DNA from: Patescibacteria group bacterium
GTDB lineage: Bacteria > Patescibacteriota > Patescibacteriia > UBA1558 > S5-K13
DNA length: 64,000 nt
Direction of reading: 5' to 3'
Assembly (NCBI GenBank): GCA_028692545.1
Contig: JAQUXC010000003.1
Coordinates: 47,827 to 111,826 of the forward strand
Positions within the stretch are counted from its first letter, which is position 1. Every line of letters starts with the position of its first letter. Under the pieces are notes generated by a model, which was given only the letters and a program-made list of their open reading frames with translations, did no database searches and was not told the origin of the DNA. Made by a program: the position numbers and the translations under genes. Of the stretch, positions 42,265-52,787 are shown piece after piece.

Positions 42265-42361
42265 TTACAAATCACCATACATTCTCAAGTCAGGAATATA
42301 AATATACTCAGTTTGTCTTTGAATAATAGTTCTGATATTCCGAACTACACGAAGCCAACCT
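42265..42361 (-). other. Right att site carrying the detached C-terminal fragment of recombinase 1
   Basis: From the att core the minus strand reads GWLR-VVRNIRTIIQRQTEYIYIPDLRMYGDL*, in frame with the recombinase. Confidence 0.8.
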
Positions 42362-42369
42362 AGTACATG

Positions 42370-42427
42370 TTTCGAGCAACCGGCCTGCCTCGGCGTAGCC
42401 GTAGGCGAAGACGGGGTTGCGTCGAAA
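42370..42427. repeat. GC-rich REP-like hairpin element
   Basis: Outer stem tttcgagcaacc/ggttgcgtcgaaa enclosing cctgcctcggcgtagccgtaggcgaagacgg. Confidence 0.6.
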
Positions 42428-42444
42428 ATCACATATTAGAGCAT

Positions 42445-42479
42445 AAAGACGTTTTTTATCAAGGCGTCTTTTTGTTTTT
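42445..42479 (+). terminator. Intrinsic terminator
   Basis: aaagacgtttt ... aaggcgtcttt followed by a T-run. Confidence 0.7.
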
Positions 42480-42546
42480 CAGCTAGATTGATTTTTAGGT
42501 TGAAATGTGCGAAAATATGAATATTCTTATATAAAAATGAATAATT

Positions 42547-45489
42547 ATGAATATCACAGATCATCAAGCTAAATATTTTGCTTATGAGCTCACTAAACGT
42601 TGTGCTTCAGATAGTCTAGAAAAATTATCATCAACTCTCTCAAATTCTCAAGTAGATTTGAACCCACATCAAATAGAGGCAGCTTTATTTGCTTTTAGAT
42701 CTCCACTTTCTAAAGGAGCTATTTTAGCTGATGAGGTTGGTTTAGGAAAAACAATTGAAGCTGGTCTTGTAATTTCTCAAAAGTGGGCAGAGAGAAAAAG
42801 AAAAATACTTTTAATAGTTCCTGCTAGTTTAAGAAAACAATGGAATTCAGAGCTCCAAGAAAAATTTTTTATTCCATCAATTATTTTAGAAGCAAAATCT
42901 TTTAATCAGTATATAAAAGAAGGAAATCTTAATCCATTTAATCAAAAAGACCTTATAGTAATCTGTTCATATCATTTTGCAAAAGGAAAATCTGTTTATA
43001 TAAAACAAACGAATTTTGATTTAGTTATTATTGATGAGGCGCATAGATTGAGAAATGTTTATAAAAATAATAATGTAATCGCCCGTGAGATAAAGGACGC
43101 AGTTCAGGCATATCCAAAAATACTTCTTACAGCCACACCATTACAAAATTCTTTACTTGAATTATATGGATTAACAAGTATTATTGATGAACATATCTTT
43201 GGAGATTTAAACAGCTATAAGGCTAATTATGCAAAAGTATCTAGAGAACAAGATATATATGAGAGTGAACTTGGAATGGTAGAACCAAGACAAGAGATGT
43301 TTGTTGATTTACGAAATAGACTTAAACCAATTTGTATTCGTACTTTACGTAGACAAGTTTTAGAATATATAAATTATCGTGATAGAAAACCAATTACTCA
43401 AGATTATATTCCAACAGAACAGGAAATTGAGTTGTATGATGGAATGACAGAATATTTACAAAGACCCAAATTGTATGCGCTACCATCAAGTCAACGCCAA
43501 CTTATGACGCTTATTTTAAGAAAACTTTTGGCCTCTTCTTCTTTTGCTATTGCAAGTACTCTAGATGGTCTTATTTATAAATTAGATAAACTTATAGAAC
43601 ACATCAGACAAAATTCAGTTGTTAAAATTGATGATTTACCAAAAGAAATAGAAGAGGACTATGAAACATATTCTGAAACTGTTGATGAGTGGATTGATAA
43701 TGAAAAAGATGAGAACGAAAATAAGATCAATGAAAAGAAAAATAAATTAAATATTGAAGATATACAACAAATTAAAGAAGAAAAAAAAGATTTAGAAGTA
43801 TTTAGAGATTTAGCTAAATCTATATTCAAGAATTCAAAAGGAGAGTCACTTTTAATAGCTTTAAAGAAGGGCTTCGAAATGACACAGGATCTTGGAGCTC
43901 AAAAAAAAGCTGTTATTTTTACAGAATCTAGAATTACGCAAAAATATTTATTAGATTTATTATCTGAAAATGGATATCAAGACAAGATTATTTTATTCAA
44001 TGGCACAAATAATGATCAAAAATCAAAAGAAATATATTTAGAATGGTTGAAAAAGAATAAAGATACTGACAAAATTACTGGCTCTAAAACAGCTGATTTA
44101 CGTGCGGCAATCGTAGAATATTTTAAATCAGATGCTGAAATTATGATCGCTACTGAAGCAGCAGCAGAGGGTATAAATTTACAATTTTGTTCTTTGGTTA
44201 TAAATTATGATCTTCCGTGGAATCCCCAAAGAATTGAACAGAGAATTGGTCGTTGTCATCGTTATGGACAAAAACACGATGTTGTCGTGGTAAATTTTGT
44301 AAATAGAAAAAATGCTGCCGATCAAAGGGTCTATGAACTTTTAGATCAGAAATTTATGTTATTTAAGGGTGTATTTGGTGCAAGTGATGAAGTTCTTGGA
44401 AATATTGAATCTGGGGTAGATTTTGAAAAAAGGATAGCTTCAATTTATCAATCTTGTCGTACCGAAGAAGAAATTAATAAAGCATTCGATTCTCTTCAAG
44501 CAGAAATGGATGAATCTATTCAAGAAGGAATTAAAAATGCAAAAGAGAAACTACTTGAAAATTTTGATGCAGATGTACACGAAAAATTAAAGATAAATTT
44601 AAAAGAAAGTAGGGCTTATTTAGAAACATATGAAAAATGGTTATGGGAAATCTCACAATACTTTTTGAAAGACAAAGCCAATTATTCAACTGATGATTAT
44701 TCTTTTACATTAAAAGAAAATCCATTTCCAGGTGAAGATATTGATGAAGGTCCTTATAGAATTGGAAAAAATATTGAAGATGCACATATTTATCGTCCGG
44801 GACATCCATTAGCAATTCGCATTTTAGATAAAATAAAATCAAATCAGTTATATCCGTGTGAAATCGTTTTTAACTATTCTAACTATGGACAAATTATTTC
44901 CCCAATCAAGGAATTAATCGGCATTTCTGGTATAATGAAAGTATCCCAATTAACAATTGATTCATTTGAGACGGAAGATGTTGTGTTGGTTACCGCAATA
45001 AATGATAGGGGCAATGTTATAGAAGAAGATATCGCAAAGAAGCTTTTTGCCTTAGATACTGAAATATTGCAAAATAAAATTGAGATAGAATCAGAAAATA
45101 TAGATAAAAAAGAAAAAGAAAAAGTTAAAATTATTACTACTAATATTTCCGAGAGAAATAGCGAATTTTTTGATGAAGAAGTTGACAAACTTGATAAATG
45201 GGCTGAAGATGTAAAAAAGAGTTTAGAAATAGAGCTTAGAAGAATGGATATAGATATAAAAACAATGAAAACAAATGCAAAGAAAATTTTAAACTTAGAA
45301 GAAAAAGTAAAATTACAAAGAGAGATAAAAAACTTAGAAAAGAAAAGAAATGAGATGCGTCAAAAGCTTTATAAAGCCCAAGATGAAGTAGATGTAAAAA
45401 AAGAAAATTTACTTGATAAAGTAGAAGCGCAACTTAATCAAAAAATATCTCTAACTACACTATTTGTTATTAAATTTAAAATAATATAA
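42547..45489 (+). CDS. SNF2-family helicase/ATPase with C-terminal coiled coil
   Basis: LADEVGLGKT, DEAH, LTATP, EGINLQ, PWNPQRIEQRIGR. Confidence 0.93.
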   Translation: MNITDHQAKYFAYELTKRCASDSLEKLSSTLSNSQVDLNPHQIEAALFAFRSPLSKGAILADEVGLGKTIEAGLVISQKWAERKRKILLIVPASLRKQWNSELQEKFFIPSIILEAKSFNQYIKEGNLNPFNQKDLIVICSYHFAKGKSVYIKQTNFDLVIIDEAHRLRNVYKNNNVIAREIKDAVQAYPKILLTATPLQNSLLELYGLTSIIDEHIFGDLNSYKANYAKVSREQDIYESELGMVEPRQEMFVDLRNRLKPICIRTLRRQVLEYINYRDRKPITQDYIPTEQEIELYDGMTEYLQRPKLYALPSSQRQLMTLILRKLLASSSFAIASTLDGLIYKLDKLIEHIRQNSVVKIDDLPKEIEEDYETYSETVDEWIDNEKDENENKINEKKNKLNIEDIQQIKEEKKDLEVFRDLAKSIFKNSKGESLLIALKKGFEMTQDLGAQKKAVIFTESRITQKYLLDLLSENGYQDKIILFNGTNNDQKSKEIYLEWLKKNKDTDKITGSKTADLRAAIVEYFKSDAEIMIATEAAAEGINLQFCSLVINYDLPWNPQRIEQRIGRCHRYGQKHDVVVVNFVNRKNAADQRVYELLDQKFMLFKGVFGASDEVLGNIESGVDFEKRIASIYQSCRTEEEINKAFDSLQAEMDESIQEGIKNAKEKLLENFDADVHEKLKINLKESRAYLETYEKWLWEISQYFLKDKANYSTDDYSFTLKENPFPGEDIDEGPYRIGKNIEDAHIYRPGHPLAIRILDKIKSNQLYPCEIVFNYSNYGQIISPIKELIGISGIMKVSQLTIDSFETEDVVLVTAINDRGNVIEEDIAKKLFALDTEILQNKIEIESENIDKKEKEKVKIITTNISERNSEFFDEEVDKLDKWAEDVKKSLEIELRRMDIDIKTMKTNAKKILNLEEKVKLQREIKNLEKKRNEMRQKLYKAQDEVDVKKENLLDKVEAQLNQKISLTTLFVIKFKII

Positions 45490-45493
45490 AGAT

Positions 45494-47164
45494 ATGGATA
45501 ATAAACAAAGATTAGAGCTTACTTGGATTGGTAAAAATAATCTTGATTATGATATTTCTAATATTGAGCCGAGAATCTTAGAAGAGAATTTGAAACTTTC
45601 AAATTGTGAAAATGATCCAAATACGGAGAATATGATTATACACGGAGATAATTTACTTGCCCTTAAGGCTCTTCTTCCGGAATATGAGGGGAAAATAAAA
45701 TGTATTTATATTGATCCGCCCTATAATACTGGTAATGCTTTTGAACATTATGATGATTGTGTCGAACACAGTACTTGGCTTTCATTAATGAAACCAAGAT
45801 TAGAGTTATTAAAAAAATTGTTAAGTAGAGACGGAGTAATATTAGTTCAAATTGATGATAAAGAAGGTCATTATTTGAAAGTTTTAATGGACGAAGTATT
45901 TGATAGGAATAATTTTTTAGTATCAATTGCTGTAAGATCGTCTACACCAAGTGGGTTAAAAACAGCCCACAAAGCAAAAACAATTATTAAACAAAAAGAT
46001 TTTATTTTAGTCTATAAGAATGGCCCAGATATTAAAATTAGTCCTGCATACATCCCCAAAGAAAGTTGGGATGATCATTATAATTATTTTTTTGATAAAG
46101 AAAATAATAAAGTATTGAACTTAAAAGATGTTTTATTAGAGCATGGTATAGTTGATAAAAAACAAAAAATATCAGATATAAATATTTTCGATAAGGACTT
46201 TAGAGATTTTTATTTAAAAAACAAGGATAGAATATTCCGTACAGCCCCAGAAATGCCCATAGACATAAAAAACCAATCTAAACAAAATTTAAGTACAATA
46301 ATCGAATATGGTGACGAAGATGGTAAACAGTATGCATGGAATGGCAATAGAATGACTTTTTTAAATAAAACTATAAAAATCATAGATGGAGAAGAATACA
46401 TGTCAAATCTTTTATGCGATTTTTGGGGGGATATAGATTTTCAAAATACTCAAAATGAAGGAGGCGTGAAATTTCCAGCAAGTAAAAAACCAGAAAAATT
46501 GATTTTAAGAATTTTAAATATGTTTACAGAAGAAAATGACTTTGTTTTAGACTCATTTCTTGGTTCTGGCACAACTGCTGCAGTAGCGCATAAAATGAAG
46601 CGAAGGTATATAGGTGTTGAAATGGGGGATCATGCCTATTCACATTGTAAGGTACGGCTTGATAATGTGATAGATGGCTCTGACCAAGGTGGAATAAGCA
46701 GATCTGTGGAATGGAAAGGTGGGGGTGCATATAGATTTTATGAACTTGCACCTAGTTTTATTATAAAAGATGAATTTAGCAATCCTATTATTGATGAATA
46801 TTATGATGATGTTAAGCTTATAAAAGCAATGTGTAAATTTATGAATTTTACTTATCAACCAAGTAAAACAGAATATTGGAAACACGGCATTGGACAAGGT
46901 AAGAATTATATCTACATTACAACACAACTTTTAACATCTGGAATAGTACAACAAATTATTGGACATTTAAAAGAAGGGGAAACTCTAACAATTTGTCCTA
47001 AGAAATTTGAACCAGGAGCTGATAAAATTGATAATCGAATAATTATTAAAAAAATTCCTCAATCGGTTTTAAAATCTTGTCAATTTGGTAAAAAAGATTA
47101 TCTTCTCCCAATTAAAGAATTATCCATGGAAGAAATTGATACCGATGAAGAGAACGACGAATAA
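45494..47164 (+). CDS. Type III R-M methyltransferase (Mod)
   Basis: IHGDN, IYIDPPY, KPE, DSFLGSGTT. Confidence 0.92.
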   Translation: MDNKQRLELTWIGKNNLDYDISNIEPRILEENLKLSNCENDPNTENMIIHGDNLLALKALLPEYEGKIKCIYIDPPYNTGNAFEHYDDCVEHSTWLSLMKPRLELLKKLLSRDGVILVQIDDKEGHYLKVLMDEVFDRNNFLVSIAVRSSTPSGLKTAHKAKTIIKQKDFILVYKNGPDIKISPAYIPKESWDDHYNYFFDKENNKVLNLKDVLLEHGIVDKKQKISDINIFDKDFRDFYLKNKDRIFRTAPEMPIDIKNQSKQNLSTIIEYGDEDGKQYAWNGNRMTFLNKTIKIIDGEEYMSNLLCDFWGDIDFQNTQNEGGVKFPASKKPEKLILRILNMFTEENDFVLDSFLGSGTTAAVAHKMKRRYIGVEMGDHAYSHCKVRLDNVIDGSDQGGISRSVEWKGGGAYRFYELAPSFIIKDEFSNPIIDEYYDDVKLIKAMCKFMNFTYQPSKTEYWKHGIGQGKNYIYITTQLLTSGIVQQIIGHLKEGETLTICPKKFEPGADKIDNRIIIKKIPQSVLKSCQFGKKDYLLPIKELSMEEIDTDEENDE

Positions 47165-47168
47165 TATT

Positions 47169-49991
47169 ATGCAACCAGAACAAGCATTACAATATTTAAA
47201 TAGTACGATGAATTTAAGAGAGCCACAGGCAAAGAGTCTGCAAATTTTTTCTGATTATTTAAAATCTTCAGCTGGACAAATACTGTTAAAAAGAATGAAT
47301 AATAAAAATAATACAGAAAAAATTTTAGAATCATCAAAAAATTATTTTAAAGACATACCTGAAGCTCAAGAATTCGAAGTATTTGAAAGAGCTTTCCCAG
47401 CTTTTACTTTTGCACTTGCAACTGGAGTTGGTAAAACTCGTCTTATGGGAGCTTTTGTAGCATATCTTTATCTTGTATATAACATTCAACATTTTTTAAT
47501 CGTAGCTCCAAATCTTACTATTTATCGCAAATTACATGAAGATTTTAGTAGAGCAAATAATCCAAAATATGTTTTTAAAGGTATTCAAGAAATAAATATA
47601 AATACCACAAAGATTATTACTACTGATAATTATGCCAGCCATAAAGAAAATCCACTTTTTGGTAATCAAATTGAAATAAATATTTTTAATATCCAACAAT
47701 TTGCACAAAAGGATATGGCCAATGAACGTGGAATAACAAAAGCATGGGAAACTGCCAGTCAATCATATTTTGATTATTTAAAAAATCAAGAAGATTTAGT
47801 TGTTATGCTTGATGAGGCACATCATTATCATGCTGATGCAGCACTTGGTTCTCTTGATTTAATGAATCCTTTATTTGGTTTAGAATTTACTGCTACTCCA
47901 TATTTAGGTACTCAAGGCACTGGAAGAAATTTGCAACAAATAAGAATGAAAAATGTGCTATATTCTTATAATCTTGGTGATGCTATTCGTGGTAAATTTG
48001 TAAAAGATCCATGGGTAGGAACAGAGGCAGACGTGGATTTTCAACAATTCAATACAGAATCAATAGAAACTGATGTACGCAAATTACAATTAGCTGCTTA
48101 TTTTCATGAGCGTGCTAAAAATGCACTTAAAGAATACGCTCTCGAAAATAATAAACCGATTATTAAACCAGTTTTATTAGTAGTTGCAAAAGATACAAAA
48201 CATTCTGCTGAACTGAAGTCTCTTATAGATAGTGATGATTTTAGAGGAGGTGAGTTCAAGGGGAAAGTGATTGAAATAAATACAAAAATTCGTGGAGAAG
48301 AAGCAGATGAAAATATTGAAAAGTTGATTTCTTTAGAACATCCGGATAATACCATTGAGGTGGTTATTCATGTTAATATGTTAAAAGAGGGTTGGGATGT
48401 AACAAATGTTTACACAATAGCACCAATTAGAGCTGCAGCTACAGCAATTCTAACAGAGCAAACAATAGGTAGGGGGTTGCGTCTTCCTTATGGCGAGCGT
48501 ACAGGAGTGCCTTTAGTAGACAGATTAATGATTGTAGCACACGAACAATTTAAGAAAATTATAGAACTTGCTAAAGATTCTCCACTTATTCAAGGACGCG
48601 TAGAAGAAATATCGGAAAAAGAAACAAAAGAAATAAAAACTCTCACAGAAGTTCAACCAATAATACTTCAAAACATTACTACTGAAATAAAGAAGAATGA
48701 ACTTATAATGCGTGCTGTAAGTGAAAAAGCAGAAGATGCAATTTCTAAGCTACCTGAAATTCAATCTATTGATACTGATGTTAAAGAGAAAATGGTTGAA
48801 AAGAAGATAGAAGAATTAGTAAAAGAAACCGCCAAACAAACAGTTAGCGGATTATCATTTTCAGATTATCATAATCAGAAACAAAAAATACAAGTAAAAA
48901 CATCTTATGATCCAGATTCTTTCTTGGGACTATTGAATCCAGATGTACAGAAGGAACTTACAAAAATAGCCAAAGAATCGAGTATTGAATTAGAAAAAAG
49001 AAACATTCCTATACCAAGACTTATTCTTACACCAAATTATAGTGAGCTTATAATACACGATTTTGACTTGAATACTGGCATTCTTCAAAAATATACAAAT
49101 GAAAGAGCTATTTTAGAAGAACAACTTCAAAACGAAAAGGAAAAAAACCTATTTGGCGAAGATGTTCCCGGAAGACGTGTAACAGAAATAACTAGAGTAA
49201 CCAGTTTCGGAGCACAAAACAGGCAATCTCCTCAAAATACAATTATTGCAGCATTATTGGATTTTCCTCTAGTTGATTATGATGACCAAGGACAAAGACC
49301 ATTATTGTTAAAATTAGCAGATCAAGCAGTTAATTATTATAAAAAAACTGCAATTGACGATGATAATCTTTCATTAATTATAGAAAGTAATGCAAAATCA
49401 ATTGCTGGAGATATCTATAAACAAATTTTGGAACATAAAGAATACAAAGAAGAATATTTGGATTCTGGTGTAGCTGAACCAAAACCGTATTTAGAACAAT
49501 ATAATATTTCTATTTCATTTGGAGAAAAACCAGTTTCACTCAAATCTCAGGTAGATAGTTTTTCATATAAATTATTATATAATAATTTTCAAAAAGCGTG
49601 TCATTCTATGTATCGCTTCGATTCTTCTGATGAAATTAGATTAGCATATCTTTTAGATAATGATGGTTCTGTAGAAGATTGGCTTAGACCAGCACCAAAT
49701 CAATTTGAAGGATTGTATTGGAGAGACACAGAAGGAGAAGCGCATCATCGTTATGAACCGGATTTTGTAGTTGAGTTGAAAAAAGAAATTGTTATGATTG
49801 AAGTTAAACCAAGGGAAGAAATAGACACTCCAAACGTACAATCGAAAAAAACTACTGCTGATAAATATTGTGAAGAAATAAATAAAAATATAGGAAAATT
49901 TGGAATAACAAAACCATGGAGATATACTATAATCCCAACAGATAAAATAACCATTAATTCAACAATTGAGGGTTTATTTAGCAATAAATAA
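47169..49991 (+). CDS. Type III R-M restriction subunit (Res)
   Basis: ATGVGKT, DEAHH, TATP, EGWDV, QTIGRGLR; YEPDF...EVK nuclease; ATG at 47169 follows the mod stop. Confidence 0.9.
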   Translation: MQPEQALQYLNSTMNLREPQAKSLQIFSDYLKSSAGQILLKRMNNKNNTEKILESSKNYFKDIPEAQEFEVFERAFPAFTFALATGVGKTRLMGAFVAYLYLVYNIQHFLIVAPNLTIYRKLHEDFSRANNPKYVFKGIQEININTTKIITTDNYASHKENPLFGNQIEINIFNIQQFAQKDMANERGITKAWETASQSYFDYLKNQEDLVVMLDEAHHYHADAALGSLDLMNPLFGLEFTATPYLGTQGTGRNLQQIRMKNVLYSYNLGDAIRGKFVKDPWVGTEADVDFQQFNTESIETDVRKLQLAAYFHERAKNALKEYALENNKPIIKPVLLVVAKDTKHSAELKSLIDSDDFRGGEFKGKVIEINTKIRGEEADENIEKLISLEHPDNTIEVVIHVNMLKEGWDVTNVYTIAPIRAAATAILTEQTIGRGLRLPYGERTGVPLVDRLMIVAHEQFKKIIELAKDSPLIQGRVEEISEKETKEIKTLTEVQPIILQNITTEIKKNELIMRAVSEKAEDAISKLPEIQSIDTDVKEKMVEKKIEELVKETAKQTVSGLSFSDYHNQKQKIQVKTSYDPDSFLGLLNPDVQKELTKIAKESSIELEKRNIPIPRLILTPNYSELIIHDFDLNTGILQKYTNERAILEEQLQNEKEKNLFGEDVPGRRVTEITRVTSFGAQNRQSPQNTIIAALLDFPLVDYDDQGQRPLLLKLADQAVNYYKKTAIDDDNLSLIIESNAKSIAGDIYKQILEHKEYKEEYLDSGVAEPKPYLEQYNISISFGEKPVSLKSQVDSFSYKLLYNNFQKACHSMYRFDSSDEIRLAYLLDNDGSVEDWLRPAPNQFEGLYWRDTEGEAHHRYEPDFVVELKKEIVMIEVKPREEIDTPNVQSKKTTADKYCEEINKNIGKFGITKPWRYTIIPTDKITINSTIEGLFSNK

Positions 49992-49994
49992 TTT

Positions 49995-51341
49995 ATGTCT
50001 AAATTTTTAATTTATAAAAATAAGGAAAAGATATTTAATTTAAATACTAAACTATATTTTGAAGAAGTTTATAAATCTTACTGTTCAAAAAATTACAGAT
50101 CAGCGGTTGTTATGTTATATTCAGTTGTTATATGTGATTTAATTTATAAATTACAAGAACTCAGAGATATATATAAGGATGATTGTGCGGTTGAAATTTT
50201 AAAAAAGATATCCACTTTAAGAAGTAGGGATGAAAAATCTCCAAAATGGGAGTCAGAACTTATTGAACTTATAAACAATAAAACATCCTTTTTTGAGAAT
50301 GCTGACTATGCTAATCTAATTAGTCTTCAGCAACACAGACACTTATCTGCTCATCCAGTTTTAGATCAGATAGATTTATTATTTTCACCAAATAAAGAAA
50401 CTACCAGGGCACATATTAGAAATATGCTTGAGGGAATACTTATTAAACCGCCTATATTTTCAAGAAAAATAATTGATCAATTGATTACAGATATATCATT
50501 AAAACAAGACATTTTTTTAAATAGAGGCTCTGATTTAAAAAAATATTTAGAAGCTAAATATTTAAAAAATTTATCAAAAGAAGTTGAGATTGCTATATTT
50601 AAAGCTTTGTGGAAATTTATATTTATAATTGAGAATGAAGATTGTGATAAAAATAGAAGTATTAATTTAGAGGCTCTAAAAATAATTTTTTATAGAAATA
50701 AGGAAAATTACTTACAATTAATAAAATCAGAAAGTGATTTTTTTAGTAATATTTCAAGAGGTAATTCTCTTATTTATTTAATAGTTTTTTTATCAAAAAA
50801 TAGAGAGATATATAAATTTTTAAATGATGGGGCTAAAGAAATTATAAAAGGTGGCTGCAAAGATGATGATAATTGTTATTTATTAAGTTGGTTTATAGAA
50901 GACGACATTTTAGAACACATAAAAAATGTTAAAAAGTATATTGTAGAAGAAAAGAGACATTTCGATATTAAAGTCGGTGCTTTTAATAGTTTGTTAGTTA
51001 TGGGATCTGAATTAAAATGTGAAAATGATATATTAGAATTTGGAATTTTTCTTTTTGGAAAAAGTACTAATTTCAACACGGCTGATAAAAGATTTGACGA
51101 TCTGATTGCCCCTTTTATGAATAAATATAATAAACAGCTCTTTAATATTTTATTTGAATCAATTGAATCTAATGACCAGGTTTATAATCGAGGAAGAATG
51201 TCTAGTGATAGTGAAAAAATTAAAAGTATTGCAGATAATGTTTTGGGGACAGATTTTGATTATAGTATCTATCCTGAATTTATGAAAAAATTGAATCCTT
51301 TAGAGTATTATAAGCAATTATCACAGACTAATTCAAATTAA
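49995..51341 (+). CDS. Putative HEPN-domain protein (N-terminal RxxxxH) with helical C-terminal region
   Basis: FEE.....YRSAVVML ... RHLSAH. Confidence 0.65.
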   Translation: MSKFLIYKNKEKIFNLNTKLYFEEVYKSYCSKNYRSAVVMLYSVVICDLIYKLQELRDIYKDDCAVEILKKISTLRSRDEKSPKWESELIELINNKTSFFENADYANLISLQQHRHLSAHPVLDQIDLLFSPNKETTRAHIRNMLEGILIKPPIFSRKIIDQLITDISLKQDIFLNRGSDLKKYLEAKYLKNLSKEVEIAIFKALWKFIFIIENEDCDKNRSINLEALKIIFYRNKENYLQLIKSESDFFSNISRGNSLIYLIVFLSKNREIYKFLNDGAKEIIKGGCKDDDNCYLLSWFIEDDILEHIKNVKKYIVEEKRHFDIKVGAFNSLLVMGSELKCENDILEFGIFLFGKSTNFNTADKRFDDLIAPFMNKYNKQLFNILFESIESNDQVYNRGRMSSDSEKIKSIADNVLGTDFDYSIYPEFMKKLNPLEYYKQLSQTNSN

Positions 51342-51371
51342 GAATATTTATTAATCGTATATTTAGATAAC

Positions 51372-52670
51372 TTATTTTTTTAATGTAATTTTTTTATCCT
51401 TCAATATCAAATCACTCTTAAAACAACTCATCAGCTCTCTTTTTTCAATCATAGTCCCAGACCTTAAAATGTATTTAGCATAATCATTGATGCTAAATTT
51501 TTTTTGTTTTATTTCTTTGTTGTCTATTTCTACGAATCCTTTGTTGAATCTTGTATATCTTTGTAATTCTTCTTCAAATTGTTTTTGTATTCCTATATCA
51601 TCTATTTCTATTTTATCTACAATTTCTATAAGTTGTTTAATTAATTCTTCTTCTCGTATATATCCACCCTTACAAAATCTATTACTACTTCTAGTGCATC
51701 CATAGTATATATATTTAACAACTGATCCATCGCTTAGTTTTTTGAATTTTTCTTCTGCTGTAATTCCTGATCCACATAATCCGCATTTCATAAGTTTGGT
51801 AAATGCGAACTCTCTACAAACTTTATTTTCAATACTAAATGTATTGTATCTATCTCTTACTTTTATAAACAACTCTTTTGATATTATTGGATCATGTAAT
51901 CCTTTGTACCATTTATTACTTCCTATTGGATATTCAAATTCTCCATAATAAAATGTTTCATGAAGTATTTGAAAAATTGTACTAAGTGTTGGATTTTTTC
52001 CTTTTCTAGTTTTAAACCCAATTTCCATCAACCATTTTAATATTTTTTTACCACTAAAATTTTCATAAGCAACTCGCTCAAACATTTGTTTTATTATATG
52101 AGCTCTTTTAGGATCTAAAAATATTCTTTTGCTCCCTTTATCTCCATATTTATCATGAATATATCCAAGAGGTGGAGGAGATGGTCGCCATCCTTTTTCA
52201 CACTTTGCCCTCAAACCTCTTTGTACGTTTATGCTTTTATTATCGTTTTCTAATTTTGCTTGAGAACCTAGAATCATAAGAAGAAACTTTTCATTCGGAT
52301 TGTTGGTAAATTTTTGCCCATGTGTTTTTATTCCAACTAGTTTACCTTGATCCATTAAATCTACTATTCTTCCAAGGTCTCCTGCGTTTCTACTTAATCT
52401 ATCAGGAGCCCAGCATAGTATTCCTTGAAACATTCCGTTTTTTACATCTTCTAGTAATTGATTAAATACTGGTCTTTGTCCTGAGTCTTTTGCAGAATGA
52501 CTTTCCTTTCTAATCTCTGTAATTGTCATATTTTCCTTTATAGCCATTTCCATCATCTCCTTTATCTGAGAGTCTATTGAAAGGGCTTGTAATTCGTCCT
52601 GTTCTGTCGATTTACGAGCGTATAAACAGTATTTAACTGTTGAGTCGTCAAGCGTCGTTTTTGTGTCCAT
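51372..52670 (-). CDS. Large serine recombinase 2
   Basis: YARKS, DRLSRN, PPLGY, CGLCG...YYGC...C. Confidence 0.94.
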   Translation of the reverse strand: MDTKTTLDDSTVKYCLYARKSTEQDELQALSIDSQIKEMMEMAIKENMTITEIRKESHSAKDSGQRPVFNQLLEDVKNGMFQGILCWAPDRLSRNAGDLGRIVDLMDQGKLVGIKTHGQKFTNNPNEKFLLMILGSQAKLENDNKSINVQRGLRAKCEKGWRPSPPPLGYIHDKYGDKGSKRIFLDPKRAHIIKQMFERVAYENFSGKKILKWLMEIGFKTRKGKNPTLSTIFQILHETFYYGEFEYPIGSNKWYKGLHDPIISKELFIKVRDRYNTFSIENKVCREFAFTKLMKCGLCGSGITAEEKFKKLSDGSVVKYIYYGCTRSSNRFCKGGYIREEELIKQLIEIVDKIEIDDIGIQKQFEEELQRYTRFNKGFVEIDNKEIKQKKFSINDYAKYILRSGTMIEKRELMSCFKSDLILKDKKITLKK

Positions 52671-52787
52671 ATCGTCATTTGTTACTTATTACATGGACAT
52701 TGATGACGCAGAACGGGTAGTAAGTCCAGTAGGTAAACTGTTGGTAACTCGACTTCATTAATGTTTATTTTTGAGCTATAATAAAAA

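Larger units (their letters stand above)
29376..42361. mobile_element. tRNA-Asn-integrated island 1 (about 13 kb), satellite-like, with defence cargo
   Basis: Direct repeat CGAAGCCAACCT at 29376-29387 and 42350-42361; serine recombinase at the left end. Confidence 0.88.

Noticed and set aside
47085-47168. Extended N-terminus of Res from the ORF track
   Set aside because: It overlaps mod by 80 bp; the ATG at 47169 just after the mod stop is more plausible
42547-51341. Assignment as DISARM or BREX
   Set aside because: No DrmA/DrmB/PLD or PglZ/BrxC genes are visible; the MTase and helicase-nuclease look like type III Mod and Res
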